Notes under the pieces: model-generated
Database searches by the model: none
The model's input: only the letters and a program-made list of their open reading frames with translations
What the model was told of the DNA's origin: nothing
Made by a program: the position numbers and the translations under genes
NCBI GenBank assembly: GCA_041937175.2
Contig: CP166615.1
Coordinates: 1,920,001 to 1,984,000, forward strand
Source: Limnothrix sp. BL-A-16
GTDB taxonomy: Bacteria > Cyanobacteriota > Cyanobacteriia > CACIAM-69d
DNA: 64,000 nucleotides
Reading direction: 5' to 3'
Shown: one piece after another, positions 9,190 through 18,906 of the stretch
Numbering within the stretch: position 1 is the stretch's first letter
How the letters are laid out: each line of letters begins with the position of its first letter

Positions 9190-11802
9190 TTACCAAGGAC
9201 TGCCGATCGCCACGAAGGCGGCCCAGTAGTAGGGATGGGCCAGGGAGCCGGAATTATCAGGCAGCGACGGCAGGGGGATCGGCCCCCGGGCGCTGGAGGT
9301 GAGGCCGCTCCCTTCGACGCGGACTCGTCCTTCAATCATGGCCATTTGGGCCTGGCGCAGGGCTTGGGACTTGGTGGGGGCGATCGAGAGTTGCCGATAA
9401 AACTCGCTCATGAGGGCCAGGGTTCCTTCGTCGCTCACATACCACAGGCTGGCGAGGGCAGATTTCACACCCGCCTGCACGGCCAGCCCCGCAAACCCCA
9501 ACTCCGCATTCGCATCACCCACGGCCGTACGACAGGCACTCAGCACCAGCAATTCCACTGGCGGATTGTTCAAACTCAGTTCCCGCAGTCGATCGAGCGT
9601 CAGGCGCTCCTGATTCCAGAACTGAATATAGGAATTCACCGGTTGGCCGGGTTTGAATTCGCCGTGGGTGGCCAGGTGCAAAATGGGGGCCGGTTGCCGT
9701 TGGCGCTGGGTTTGCAGGTTGGCGATCGTGAAGGCTTCGTTCAGGAAGGTGGTGGTTTGGGCCCGTTCTTGGGCAATGGTTTGCAGCTCCATGGGCACGG
9801 CAGGCAGGGGATTCAACCCCGCTGGAAATTCGGAAGCTCCCATGGCCAAAATGGGCGCATCTCGAAGGCTGACGTAGCGGGCATCGGTTAGGTTGATGCT
9901 GGGGGTCATGCCCAGGGCAAACCGCTGCACCAAAAATTGCTGACCATCATGCAGGGCGGCCCAGGGGAGCGATCGCAGGCCCGCATCGGGCGAGATCAGC
10001 AGGGTATCGATCTTTTGGGCGGCCAGTTCTGGGGCGATCGGGGCGATCAGCCAACGATCGAGCTGTTCTGCTGCGGTTCGGTAGGCGTTGCCCCGCCGCA
10101 ACACAGGATTGGTGATCGCTTGGCGCAGGCGATCGGCGGCGGCCAACACTTCGGCCCGGCCCACGCCCGATCGCCGGTAGATCGGTTCCCCGCTGCTGGT
10201 AATCACCACCAGATCCGTTTGTTGTTCCTGCAACATCACGTAGATCAAGGCGGTTCGGCTGTTGGTCTGTTGCCGAATGTCGCCCAACAGTTCCCGTAAA
10301 GAAGCACTGCTGACGGGGTTACTGGTGATGGAACTGTCCAAATAGTTCTCAATTTGTTGTGTCCAGGCGTTTTCCAGTTGATCCAAACCCAAGTCAAAAT
10401 TTCCCTGCACGAAGGTATCGCCCAGACTGGCATCCAGGGCTAAATTACTGGCCTCAATGTCAGCCAGCATGGCAATACTTTCAGGGCCAAATTCGCCACC
10501 GGGCCACAGTTCGCCCGGTTCAGGGCCAAATTCGCCATCGGGCCCCAACTCACCCGGCTCAGGGCCAAATTCGCCATTGGGCCCCAGCTCGCCCGGTTCA
10601 GGGCCAAATTCCCCCGGATCAAAGGCTAGATTCCCCTCTCCCCAAGGGCCACCAGGGCCAAACTCCCGATCGCCAAAATCCCCTTGAGGGCCGGGCGGGT
10701 CAAACTTTCCGGCTTCAAAGTCGCTGGCAATATCTTGGGCGTTGTTAGGGGGTAGCCGATCACCCAGTTCATCGAGAGATCCGGGGCGATCGGGAATCGC
10801 TGGCGGCACGGGGAGCGGCGATTGATCGCGCAACACTTGCAAACCCGCGCCCCCCTCTTGGCCATTCACCGGCCCCGTCACCAAGGCCGCGCCGGGTTCC
10901 AGGGCCACCGTGTCGCCAGTGCGGGTGAGTTGTACGGTTCCATCGTCCTCCACTGCAATGCTGGTGGCGACATTTTCAGCGGGGCCGCTCAGCAGTTCCG
11001 GCAGGGTGAGGGGTGCAAAGAATCCCGTATCGGCGGGTCGAATTGGGCTGTTTTCGGGGCTGCTGAGGCCAGGGATGCCAATATCGAAGCTGAGGATGTT
11101 GCCGATCGCCTGGATCCGCACCACCCGATCGCCCTCCACGGCGGCCACCGTGACGGCGTTGGCCCCTGAGGCGATCGACCCCGTAGAAAGGACGGTTCCC
11201 CCCAGGAGGGCTACCTGTTGATTCGCCTGAATGGTTCCATCGTGAACGATCGACCCGGCCAGGAACGGCGAAAAGGCAAAGGCCGTGGGCGTGCCGTTCA
11301 GGCCCCGCAAGTCATTGTTCTCAAAGACGTTGAACCACTGAAGACCAAATTGCACAGCGTTGGCGCTGGTGGCATAAAAGCTGCCGGGTACGTTCACCTG
11401 GGCCGTGCTGCCAAAGACGATGCCCGCCGGGTTCAAAAGATAAAGATTGGCGGAACCACCGCTCAGTTGCACCAGACCATCAATCACCGAGGGATCGCCA
11501 CTGCTAATCCGGCTGAAGATGTTCTGGATGCTGGGATCGATGATGAAGGTGGCCCTGTCGCCCGGTTCCAGATCAAATTGCTCAAACCCATGGAAGAGGT
11601 TGATTCCACTGCTCGATCGACTGCCGCCCGTGATGTTGAACTGTTGATCGTTGGGGCGATCCACAAGGGTTCCCAATCCGTCATCAGCCGGAACCACTTC
11701 GGCCAGGGCCGGGCCGCTGATCCAGCTTGGGCCGAGGGCAATCGTGAATCCCAACCAAAATCCTAACCAGGGCCAAACTTGCGAGATCACGCGAAAGGAC
11801 AT
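9190..11802 (-). CDS. filamentous haemagglutinin N-terminal (TPS) domain plus CHAT domain protein
   Basis: Signal peptide; NLFHGFEQF, NLYLLNPAGIVFG; CHAT motifs LHLATHGEF, LVLSACRTA, HPYYWAAF. Confidence 0.9.
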   Translation of the reverse strand: MSFRVISQVWPWLGFWLGFTIALGPSWISGPALAEVVPADDGLGTLVDRPNDQQFNITGGSRSSSGINLFHGFEQFDLEPGDRATFIIDPSIQNIFSRISSGDPSVIDGLVQLSGGSANLYLLNPAGIVFGSTAQVNVPGSFYATSANAVQFGLQWFNVFENNDLRGLNGTPTAFAFSPFLAGSIVHDGTIQANQQVALLGGTVLSTGSIASGANAVTVAAVEGDRVVRIQAIGNILSFDIGIPGLSSPENSPIRPADTGFFAPLTLPELLSGPAENVATSIAVEDDGTVQLTRTGDTVALEPGAALVTGPVNGQEGGAGLQVLRDQSPLPVPPAIPDRPGSLDELGDRLPPNNAQDIASDFEAGKFDPPGPQGDFGDREFGPGGPWGEGNLAFDPGEFGPEPGELGPNGEFGPEPGELGPDGEFGPEPGELWPGGEFGPESIAMLADIEASNLALDASLGDTFVQGNFDLGLDQLENAWTQQIENYLDSSITSNPVSSASLRELLGDIRQQTNSRTALIYVMLQEQQTDLVVITSSGEPIYRRSGVGRAEVLAAADRLRQAITNPVLRRGNAYRTAAEQLDRWLIAPIAPELAAQKIDTLLISPDAGLRSLPWAALHDGQQFLVQRFALGMTPSINLTDARYVSLRDAPILAMGASEFPAGLNPLPAVPMELQTIAQERAQTTTFLNEAFTIANLQTQRQRQPAPILHLATHGEFKPGQPVNSYIQFWNQERLTLDRLRELSLNNPPVELLVLSACRTAVGDANAELGFAGLAVQAGVKSALASLWYVSDEGTLALMSEFYRQLSIAPTKSQALRQAQMAMIEGRVRVEGSGLTSSARGPIPLPSLPDNSGSLAHPYYWAAFVAIGSPW
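10481..10617 (-). repeat. 39-bp in-frame tandem repeat, about 3.5 copies (GEFGPEPGELGPx)
   Basis: CAGGGCCAAATTC recurs at 39-bp spacing. Confidence 0.85.
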
Positions 11803-11971
11803 GAGGCGATCCTGAGGTAGGGGAGCGGAAATGATGGTTGTTAATCGAGCAGTCGATCGGGCAATTTTCCGGAAGCGGGTGAAGCGCCTATTATTCTAGG
11901 CTTCGTCCCCCATGCATTTGCTGGTTTCCCCCGTGGTCTAGTCGAGCAACTCCGGTTGTTTGCCTGGGACC

Positions 11972-12007
11972 GAAATCCACATGCCTTTAGGCGGGGGAGG
12001 ATATCAA
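11972..12007 (+). mobile_element. IS200/IS605-family right-end remnant
   Basis: GAAATCCACATGCC-TTTA-GGCGGGGGAGGATATCAA: imperfect subterminal hairpin ending in TCAA; no tnpA/tnpB adjacent. Confidence 0.6.
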
Positions 12008-12037
12008 GAATTATCTATTCCAGGAGACTGAGCCGTT

Positions 12038-12628
12038 ATGGTGCTAACCGCTTCAATGATGTTGGAACTGGGTATCCTTGCTCCGGATTTTGCCCTGCCG
12101 GAGGTGACCACAGGGGAAACCATTTCCCTGGCAACGGTGGCCGATCGCCCGTTGCTATTGGTGATGTTTATCTGCCGCCATTGCCCCTACGTCAAGCATA
12201 TTCAGGCGGAGTTGGCCCGGTTGGGTCAAGATTGGGGCGATCGCGCCGGGATCATTGCCATCAGCGCTAATGATGCGGTGGCCTATCCCGATGATGCGCC
12301 CGATCGGCTGGCGGACTGGGCCCGGGACTGCGGATTCAACTTCCCGGTGTGCTATGACGAAACTCAGGCGGTGGCCCAGGCCTACTCGGCCGCCTGCACC
12401 CCAGATTTCTTTGTTTTCGATCGCGATCGCGCTTTGGTCTATCGTGGCCAGCTCGATCGCAGCCGCCCTGGCAACCCAGAACCTAATGATGGGGCAGATT
12501 TGCGGGCTGCGTTGGCGGCCGTTTGGGCGGGGGAACTGGTTCCGGAACCCCAAATTCCCAGCTTGGGTTGCAACATCAAGTGGAAACCTGGCAATGAGCC
12601 AACCTATTTTGGTCTCAGTGCAGTTTAG
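12038..12628 (+). CDS. thioredoxin-family (AhpC/TSA-like) protein
   Basis: FICRHCPYV, AACTPDFF, YRGQLD, SLGCNIKWK. Confidence 0.9.
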   Translation: MVLTASMMLELGILAPDFALPEVTTGETISLATVADRPLLLVMFICRHCPYVKHIQAELARLGQDWGDRAGIIAISANDAVAYPDDAPDRLADWARDCGFNFPVCYDETQAVAQAYSAACTPDFFVFDRDRALVYRGQLDRSRPGNPEPNDGADLRAALAAVWAGELVPEPQIPSLGCNIKWKPGNEPTYFGLSAV

Positions 12629-12742
12629 GGGATTGCCGGTTGGTCGGGTGCTGCCGCCGCCATGCGTCTGGATCTCGGCCTAGGTCTCAGTCTAGGTCTC
12701 AATCATGGGTTAATCAACGGCACAAGAAGTTAGCCAATAGCT

Positions 12743-13714
12743 ATGAGCGATCGTCCCCGTTCTCGAAAGATTCAATCTAAGAGTCAATCCAAGAGTGGAT
12801 CCAAGATTCAACCCAAGAGTCGATCAACGAGTCGATCAATCCCCCGAAATACCCTATGGGGAGCGATCGGGTTGGCAATGTTGCTGTGGGGGGTGGGTTC
12901 CTGGGGCCGCGCCACTGATCCGGTTCCGGGGCGATCGGTCTTGGCGAGTAATCAGCTAATTGGTAATCCGCTTAATGACCAGTTTGCTGATCGGTTTGTT
13001 GGCCGATTTGATGATCAAATTAATGATCAACCCAATAATTCACCCAATAATCAGCAATATCTCAAGAATCAACCCCATCAACCGCTTGCTCAGTGGCTCA
13101 TGAGCACGCGCCGATCGAGCGATCGGCGCTATTCTCGGGCCGCTTTAGACTATTTCATGGAAGTGGCTTTTGGGAATGAGTTTTCTAACAATCCTGATAC
13201 CAACTACATTCGCAAGTGGGCCAACGATCTGCAATTAGCGGTGCGAGGTAGGCCAACGACGGACGATCGGGCCACGCTCGATCGCATTGTGGGGGATCTC
13301 AATCAATTATTGGGCGGTGCAATTCGGATTCGCTTCACCACTCAAAATCCCAATGTGGTGATTTACTTTGTGCCGGAAGCAGATTTTCCAAAATATGACC
13401 CCCACTATGTGCCCCGAAATTTGGGATTTTTTCGGGTTTGGTGGACGGGCAATTTAGAAATTCAACGGGCCCAAATTTTAATTAGCACTACGGGGGTGAG
13501 CCAACGGGAGCGATCGCACCTGATTCGGGAGGAACTGACCCAATCTCTGGGCCTGATGAACGATGCGGAAACCTATCGCGACAGCACGTTTTATCAAGGT
13601 TGGACAGAAACACAGGAGTTTTCACCGCTCGATCGGGACTTAATTCAAATGCTTTACGATCGCCGGGTGCGCAGTGGTCAAACCCGCGAACAAATTCGCC
13701 AACTCTTCCGTTGA
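12743..13714 (+). CDS. DUF2927 domain protein (zincin-like fold)
   Basis: HLIREELTQSLGLMND, IRKW, FS.LD...IQMLY; N-terminal TM segment. Confidence 0.75.
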   Translation: MSDRPRSRKIQSKSQSKSGSKIQPKSRSTSRSIPRNTLWGAIGLAMLLWGVGSWGRATDPVPGRSVLASNQLIGNPLNDQFADRFVGRFDDQINDQPNNSPNNQQYLKNQPHQPLAQWLMSTRRSSDRRYSRAALDYFMEVAFGNEFSNNPDTNYIRKWANDLQLAVRGRPTTDDRATLDRIVGDLNQLLGGAIRIRFTTQNPNVVIYFVPEADFPKYDPHYVPRNLGFFRVWWTGNLEIQRAQILISTTGVSQRERSHLIREELTQSLGLMNDAETYRDSTFYQGWTETQEFSPLDRDLIQMLYDRRVRSGQTREQIRQLFR

Positions 13715-13872
13715 CCATTGGGACTCCAGGCAATCCGCGTCAGGCCGCTATCTCCTTGGGTAGGAATCCGGCACAGCAGCTCGCCCCGTCGGTTCCAAAT
13801 CCGCACCTCTTGGTTATGACTGGCGGTGGCAATTTGTTCACCGTCGGCCCGAATCGCCAAGCCCCAAGCGAT
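13711..13872 (-). pseudogene. WD40-repeat gene remnant
   Basis: Translates AWGLAIRADGEQIATASHNQEVRIWNRRGELL...IAWSPNGQ, about 1.3 WD40 blades; bounded by an upstream stop and the end of the convergent gene. Confidence 0.65.
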
Positions 13873-13970
13873 TTAAGTGCAAAGAATTTAAGTGCAAAGA
13901 GTGTAATTACCAGTTAGCCAACTTGTCCATCGTGATTCAGCAACAGAATCGGAGTTGTAATTCAGGGACT

Positions 13971-14564
13971 CTAACTGTTGTGCGGATTCTCTGTGCAATG
14001 CCGAATGATTTTGGCAGGAACACCGCCCACGATGTAGCCATCGGGCACATCTTTGGTGACCACTGCACCGGAAGCAATCACCACGTTGTCACCAATTGTT
14101 ACGCCGGGGTTGATAATCGCACCGCCGCCAATCCAAACGTTGTGGCCGATCGCGATCGGCTTGCCCAATTCCTGACCCGATCGGCGTAAGTCCGGGTCGA
14201 TCGGGTGGGTGGCCGTCAAAATGCTGACCCGAGGGCCAATTAGGCAATAATCGCCAATTCGTACTTCACAAACATCCAGAATAATGAGATCAAAATTGGC
14301 ATAAAAATGATTGCCTAAATGGATGTTATAGCCATAGTCACATTTAAAATTCGGTTCAATATAAATTTCCGGTGGCACTGTGCCCAACAGGTCGCGCAAA
14401 ATGCTGAACCTTAGGCTGGGTTCTTCTTCAGTGGTGGCATTATAGCGGCGGCAAAGTTGGCGAGCTTGGGCCCGTTCTTGAACAAGTTGAAAATCGGAAG
14501 CTAAGTATAGTTGACCTGCGATCATTTTTCCTTTTTCGCTATTTTCTTTAGCAGAATTAGCCAT
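13971..14564 (-). CDS. maa: sugar (maltose/galactoside) O-acetyltransferase
   Basis: [20 protein letters not shown], hexapeptide repeats, VGGVPAKII. Confidence 0.85.
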   Translation of the reverse strand: MANSAKENSEKGKMIAGQLYLASDFQLVQERAQARQLCRRYNATTEEEPSLRFSILRDLLGTVPPEIYIEPNFKCDYGYNIHLGNHFYANFDLIILDVCEVRIGDYCLIGPRVSILTATHPIDPDLRRSGQELGKPIAIGHNVWIGGGAIINPGVTIGDNVVIASGAVVTKDVPDGYIVGGVPAKIIRHCTENPHNS

Positions 14565-14767
14565 AATTAGCCACCAAAAATTGATCGATCTTCATCAAAA
14601 TCAAAATCCCAGGAGCGATTTATGAATCATAATCATCTCCTGGAATTTTATGGAACCTGTGCAGTTGTGGGATTGATCAGCCTGGGTCGATCGCGCTGTG
14701 CCGCAACACCTTTGGGATTGATCAGCTCCCGATCGATCCAGTGCTGAATCGATATAGAAACCGAGGC

Positions 14768-15127
14768 TTAATCGGTGTACGTATAGGTTTCCCCGCCGCA
14801 AATCGTGCCCGAACTGACCGAATCTGAACCATCCGCAAAGCGAGCCATGAAGTCATAGGTACAATCTTCGCGGCCGTCATCAATGGTGATGTCAACAGAC
14901 TCGCCAGGATTCAACACATCAACCCCCAAAATGTCCTCTTCCCAAGAACTGGTGCTGGGGGGCGAAGCGTAAAAATGCGTCATGGTTGAGCTAGTGCCAT
15001 TAACCAGCGTGAAAGTCACTGACTCTGTGTTCGCTTTGGCCATGGCTGCCGACAGGGCCACCATCGGAACTGCAATGGTGGCCGCCAAGGCCGATTTCAA
15101 GGTCGATCGCATCGTCCATTGAGTCAT
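14768..15127 (-). CDS. small secreted beta-rich hypothetical protein
   Basis: Signal peptide; FTLVN...FYASP...WEEDILG...LNPGE...CTYD...F.DG...C. Confidence 0.75.
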   Translation of the reverse strand: MTQWTMRSTLKSALAATIAVPMVALSAAMAKANTESVTFTLVNGTSSTMTHFYASPPSTSSWEEDILGVDVLNPGESVDITIDDGREDCTYDFMARFADGSDSVSSGTICGGETYTYTD

Positions 15128-15208
15128 ATAAAGTCTCTCAAGTTCTCAGAGGTGATGTGAAGAAATGGTCAAAAACCGAGGTTAAAAAGCATTTCTCAGC
15201 CAACGATT

Positions 15209-15793
15209 TTAGTCTTGAATCGCAGCCAGCAGCAATTCCTCGATCGGGCGATCGCCAAAGGTACTGGCGGGGAACGTATCAACCACGTCGAATTTGGCCC
15301 CCAACCCCATTAATTCATCATCCAAAAACTTTAAGAAATTGGTTGCGCTCGGATCGTTTCCCACTTGCACAAAGCTAATGGCCAATTGCTCATCAACGGA
15401 CATCTTTTTGGTGGCCGCGACGATCGCTTGGGCAGCAGCGGCCTTGTCATCGGGCTGACCATCAGTAATCACCAGTAGAGTCAAGGGGACTTCCGCTTGC
15501 CATTTTTTCAACAAAACGGTATTTAGAAGTCCTGCTAAATTGGTAGAACCGAAGGGTTCATTTTGGCTAAAGATTTCGGCCACCGTCGCCGCCGTTGCAT
15601 TGCCAAATTCACGAATTTTGCTGGCAAAAGTGTAAACTTCAATGCCATCTGGATCCAGTTTTTCCACTGCTTGGGCCAGACCAAAAGCTGCTTCCGCAAC
15701 AGCAGCCCAGCGGGTTTGTCCATTGGGAAGGGGCATACCCATGGAGCTGGAAGCGTCAATCGCCAAAATGTAATCGCGCTTGAGGCTAATCAT
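15209..15793 (-). CDS. stand-alone vWA domain protein (copy 2)
   Basis: MIDAS DASSS, GSTNL, VITDGQPDD, ISFVQVG. Confidence 0.88.
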   Translation of the reverse strand: MISLKRDYILAIDASSSMGMPLPNGQTRWAAVAEAAFGLAQAVEKLDPDGIEVYTFASKIREFGNATAATVAEIFSQNEPFGSTNLAGLLNTVLLKKWQAEVPLTLLVITDGQPDDKAAAAQAIVAATKKMSVDEQLAISFVQVGNDPSATNFLKFLDDELMGLGAKFDVVDTFPASTFGDRPIEELLLAAIQD

Positions 15794-15943
15794 GTCTCAA
15801 TTTGATAGAAAAAAAGTGGTTAAACGATCAGAGTGTCTAGAGAAGTTATGCAACTAGCGTCAATCGTTTTCAGGAAATTGGTCGCTGAATCATGCTCCAT
15901 TCACTGATCGTTAATTCTTGAACATTAAGCACATCAATTTATC

Positions 15944-16528
15944 TTAATCTTGGATTGCAGCAAGCAGAATTTCTTCAATCGATCGGTTACCAAATTCACT
16001 CGCAGCAAAGGTATCAACCACATCGAATTTAGCGCCCAATCCCATTAACTCATCATCCAAAAATTTCAAGAAATTGGTTGCACCTGGATCATCACCAATT
16101 TGGACAAAGGTAATCGCTAGTTGCTCGTCCGATTGCATTTTTTTGGTGGCGGCCACCAGGGCTTGGGCGGCGGCGGCCTTGTCGTCCGGTTGCCCGTCGG
16201 TGACGATAATCAGGGTGGTGGGCACTTCGGGAACCCACTTTTGCAGCAACACCAGGTTCAGAAGCCCGGCCAGGTTGGTTGACCCAAATGGGCGATTTTG
16301 GCTAAACAAATTGGCAACGGTTTGAGCGTCGGCGTTGCCATATTCCTTGACCCCAGAGGCAAAGGTATAGACCTGGATGCCGTCGGGATCAAATTGTTCG
16401 ATCGCCTGGGCCAGTCCAAAGGCCGCTTCAGCAACGGCGGCCCAACGGGTTTGACCGTTCGGCATCTGGATGCCCATGGAGCTGGAAGCGTCCACGGCCA
16501 AAATATAGTCTCGGGTTAGGTCAGTCAT
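15944..16528 (-). CDS. stand-alone vWA domain protein (copy 1)
   Basis: Same motifs and co-linear with 15209-15793; ATG 16528 gives the same length. Confidence 0.88.
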   Translation of the reverse strand: MTDLTRDYILAVDASSSMGIQMPNGQTRWAAVAEAAFGLAQAIEQFDPDGIQVYTFASGVKEYGNADAQTVANLFSQNRPFGSTNLAGLLNLVLLQKWVPEVPTTLIIVTDGQPDDKAAAAQALVAATKKMQSDEQLAITFVQIGDDPGATNFLKFLDDELMGLGAKFDVVDTFAASEFGNRSIEEILLAAIQD

Positions 16529-16746
16529 GATTTCACGCAGGCAATTACTTTCCAATATCCTAGATACCGCTAATTCGCCCTCATTGATCCCAATTTTCCT
16601 ATTGAATTAATGCTAATTGAACCTTTTGGATCAATCTTTTGAATCAACCTCAGATTGCATCCTAGGTATCAATGCTGGCTAACAGCGCAATCGGGCGAGA
16701 TCGGGCGAGATTTGGATTAACCCAATCTCTCGTGGCTCAATGCTAG

Positions 16747-17430
16747 CTAGATATCTGTACCGGGTTGATTGTTGGGTAGCTGATTGTTGGGCAATGAATC
16801 GCTAGGGGCTTGATTATTGGGGATGGATGGTGAATTGGCGGGGCGATCGGGTGCGGCGGGACTGGCGGCGGGGCTGGGCGACTCCAGCGGCGTGACCCAT
16901 TGGAAGTCGATCGCAATTTTTTGGTCACCCACCTTCACTTGGGTCACTTCAATTTCGCGGGTTCCGGCGGCCAGGCGCTGAAAACTATCTGCCAAAAGCT
17001 GATTCACGGTGATGATGCGGGGGTCGGCCAAGGTGATGCAGGGCGAATCCACGCGAGCAATTTTGGCTTCTAGGAGTTGCTTAGAGCTGGCTTGCAGCAC
17101 AAAATCGAGGCTACCGGGTTCTAGGCGCTTGTCGGGACAAACGAATTTGCCAAAGGCTCGCACTTGCCCCTCTTGAATTTCAAAGCGATCGATGGTTTCT
17201 ACAAAGGAAGCGGGATCGCCTTTAAAACTGATGGGGTTTTGGTTCAGTAGGGTTTCGGAAACTTCGTAGCCGCTGTTAACCACCAAGTTGCCGTTTTGGA
17301 TGTCGGCTTTGAAGCTGAATCCACAGCCCACCAAGGGCAACAACAGGGCGATCGCCCCAAGGGTGGGAACGCCGGGCCGTAGCTGGAAACGGGCTTGCGA
17401 TAATCGAGATTGCCTAGCCGATCGATTCAC
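16747..17430 (-). CDS. hypothetical lipoprotein
   Basis: Lipobox LVGC after a hydrophobic stretch; Pro/Asn-rich tail. Confidence 0.65.
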   Translation of the reverse strand: MNRSARQSRLSQARFQLRPGVPTLGAIALLLPLVGCGFSFKADIQNGNLVVNSGYEVSETLLNQNPISFKGDPASFVETIDRFEIQEGQVRAFGKFVCPDKRLEPGSLDFVLQASSKQLLEAKIARVDSPCITLADPRIITVNQLLADSFQRLAAGTREIEVTQVKVGDQKIAIDFQWVTPLESPSPAASPAAPDRPANSPSIPNNQAPSDSLPNNQLPNNQPGTDI

Positions 17431-17618
17431 GGCGATCGCCCCTCCCTCTGGGCTGGTTGCGGTGCGGAATGCTGAAAAATGGCTGTTGATCAGCCCTGTT
17501 CGGTTCCCAACCTAGCGCGATCGCCCTAGGCAGCATCCACACCGGGAACCCGTACCGCATTCATCGGAAATCCGCTGGGGGCTGATTTTGCCCCTGAATT
17601 GACTGCCCGATCGCCTCT

Positions 17619-17766
17619 CTAGTAGCGTGGCTGCCTTAATTCGCTGGGTTAAATGACATGGCTGTTACCGTCACCTGATCGTTAAGCAGCAAGATGCTCA
17701 AGCCCCTTGTTACCACGACTGGCTCCGCCACTTTGACCCAATGTCTTAAGCCTGTCGCGCTACTAG
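17619..17766 (-). mobile_element. 148-bp MITE, copy A (CTAG ends, about 21-bp imperfect TIRs)
   Basis: CTAGTAGCGTGGCTGCCTTAA...TTAAGCCTGTCGCGCTACTAG; its reverse complement aligns without gaps to 30169-30316. Confidence 0.85.
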
Positions 17767-18785
17767 GGTTGGGGTGACAGATAGGGCGAGGCGATTGGGG
17801 CTTGGCGTTTTTGCCAAACCAAGGCTTGATAGAGCGCCACGGCCACATCTGCGCGGGTTGCTGGTCGTTGAGCATCCAGGCGATCGCGCAAGGGATAGTA
17901 AGTGACCAAGTTGCTTTGGCTGGCGGCGGCCACCTTGGGCTGGGCCCAGCGGGCTAGGGCCAAGCCGTCGCTGTAACGCTCCAGTTCCCGTTGGCGATCG
18001 GGCGGTTCCGGCAGCGGCAAATTCAACCCCGAGGCAAGGGTGATATAGAGTTCGAGGCGAGAAACCGGTTGGTCGGGGGCGAATTGTCCATTGGGATAAC
18101 CGCGCATTAATCCCAACACAACGGTTCGATCGACAGCGGATTTTGCCCAATGGTCGGCCGCCAAGTCCGGGAAGGGCAGGGGCGATCGCACCGTGGGCCC
18201 CGCCCAGGCATCTCGCAAAATGGCCGCCAATTCAGCCCGGGTCACCGGTTGATCGGGCTTGAAGGACCCATCCTCAAACCCGGCAATAATTTTGTCTTTC
18301 CGCAGTTTTTCAATGAAGGGATAGGCCCAATGTTGCCCGTCCACATCCTGAAAGGGCGCGGCTACTGGCTCCGAGGCGGCTGGCGCAATGGCTGGTGCAA
18401 CAGATGGCGCAGGGACGATCGGCTGGGCCGGAGCGGCAGAAATGGGGTTGGGCCCCGGCGCGGGAGCAGCAGGAGCCAGGGTTTGGCTAGCCACCGGGGG
18501 AGCCGTGGGGGAGGCTGCTGGGGCCTTGGCGGGCGCGCCGGGCTGGGGTGTAGGGGCGATCGCCTTTGTGGGTTCTGTTCCTGTGCCCTTGGGCGCTTCA
18601 GGGGCAACGGGGCGAGATCGCAGCAAGCCCTGCCAACCCGCTGGGACCGATTGGCGACTGGCAAACCACCAGAACAATCCCCCAAAGATTAGCAGGGCTA
18701 CTAAGACCGCAATCCATTCGTCATTGGTCTCGCGAGCCGATCGCGATCGATCCTCGGGCAAGGGCCCATCCGGCAATTGAGACAC
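17763..18785 (-). CDS. S-layer homology (SLH) domain membrane protein
   Basis: N-terminal TM, Pro/Ala linker, three SLH repeats (FQDV..HWA...GFEDGSFKPDQPVTRAE); GTG start with GGAGG SD. Confidence 0.9.
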   Translation of the reverse strand: MSQLPDGPLPEDRSRSARETNDEWIAVLVALLIFGGLFWWFASRQSVPAGWQGLLRSRPVAPEAPKGTGTEPTKAIAPTPQPGAPAKAPAASPTAPPVASQTLAPAAPAPGPNPISAAPAQPIVPAPSVAPAIAPAASEPVAAPFQDVDGQHWAYPFIEKLRKDKIIAGFEDGSFKPDQPVTRAELAAILRDAWAGPTVRSPLPFPDLAADHWAKSAVDRTVVLGLMRGYPNGQFAPDQPVSRLELYITLASGLNLPLPEPPDRQRELERYSDGLALARWAQPKVAAASQSNLVTYYPLRDRLDAQRPATRADVAVALYQALVWQKRQAPIASPYLSPQP

Positions 18786-18833
18786 GCACCACCTCCAAAC
18801 TCAGGCCATGGCCGGGATTTTCATCAACTCGCA

Positions 18834-18906
18834 CCGGAGGGACGAGGTAACCCCGGGGCTTAACCGTTCCCGGCCCCTTAAAGGTCGGTGGCGGCTAAGT
18901 CTCCGG
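18834..18906 (-). ncRNA. candidate structured cis-regulatory RNA in the SLH-gene leader
   Basis: CCGGAG/CUCCGG closing stem, nested UAGCC/GGUUA, CCG/CGG and CC-UUUAA-GG pairings, GGGAAC...GGGGUUA core. Confidence 0.5.

Noticed and set aside
18834..18906. Calling the leader RNA a canonical c-di-AMP riboswitch
   Set aside because: Too short, lacks the second half, and strand order differs; kept only as a candidate relative
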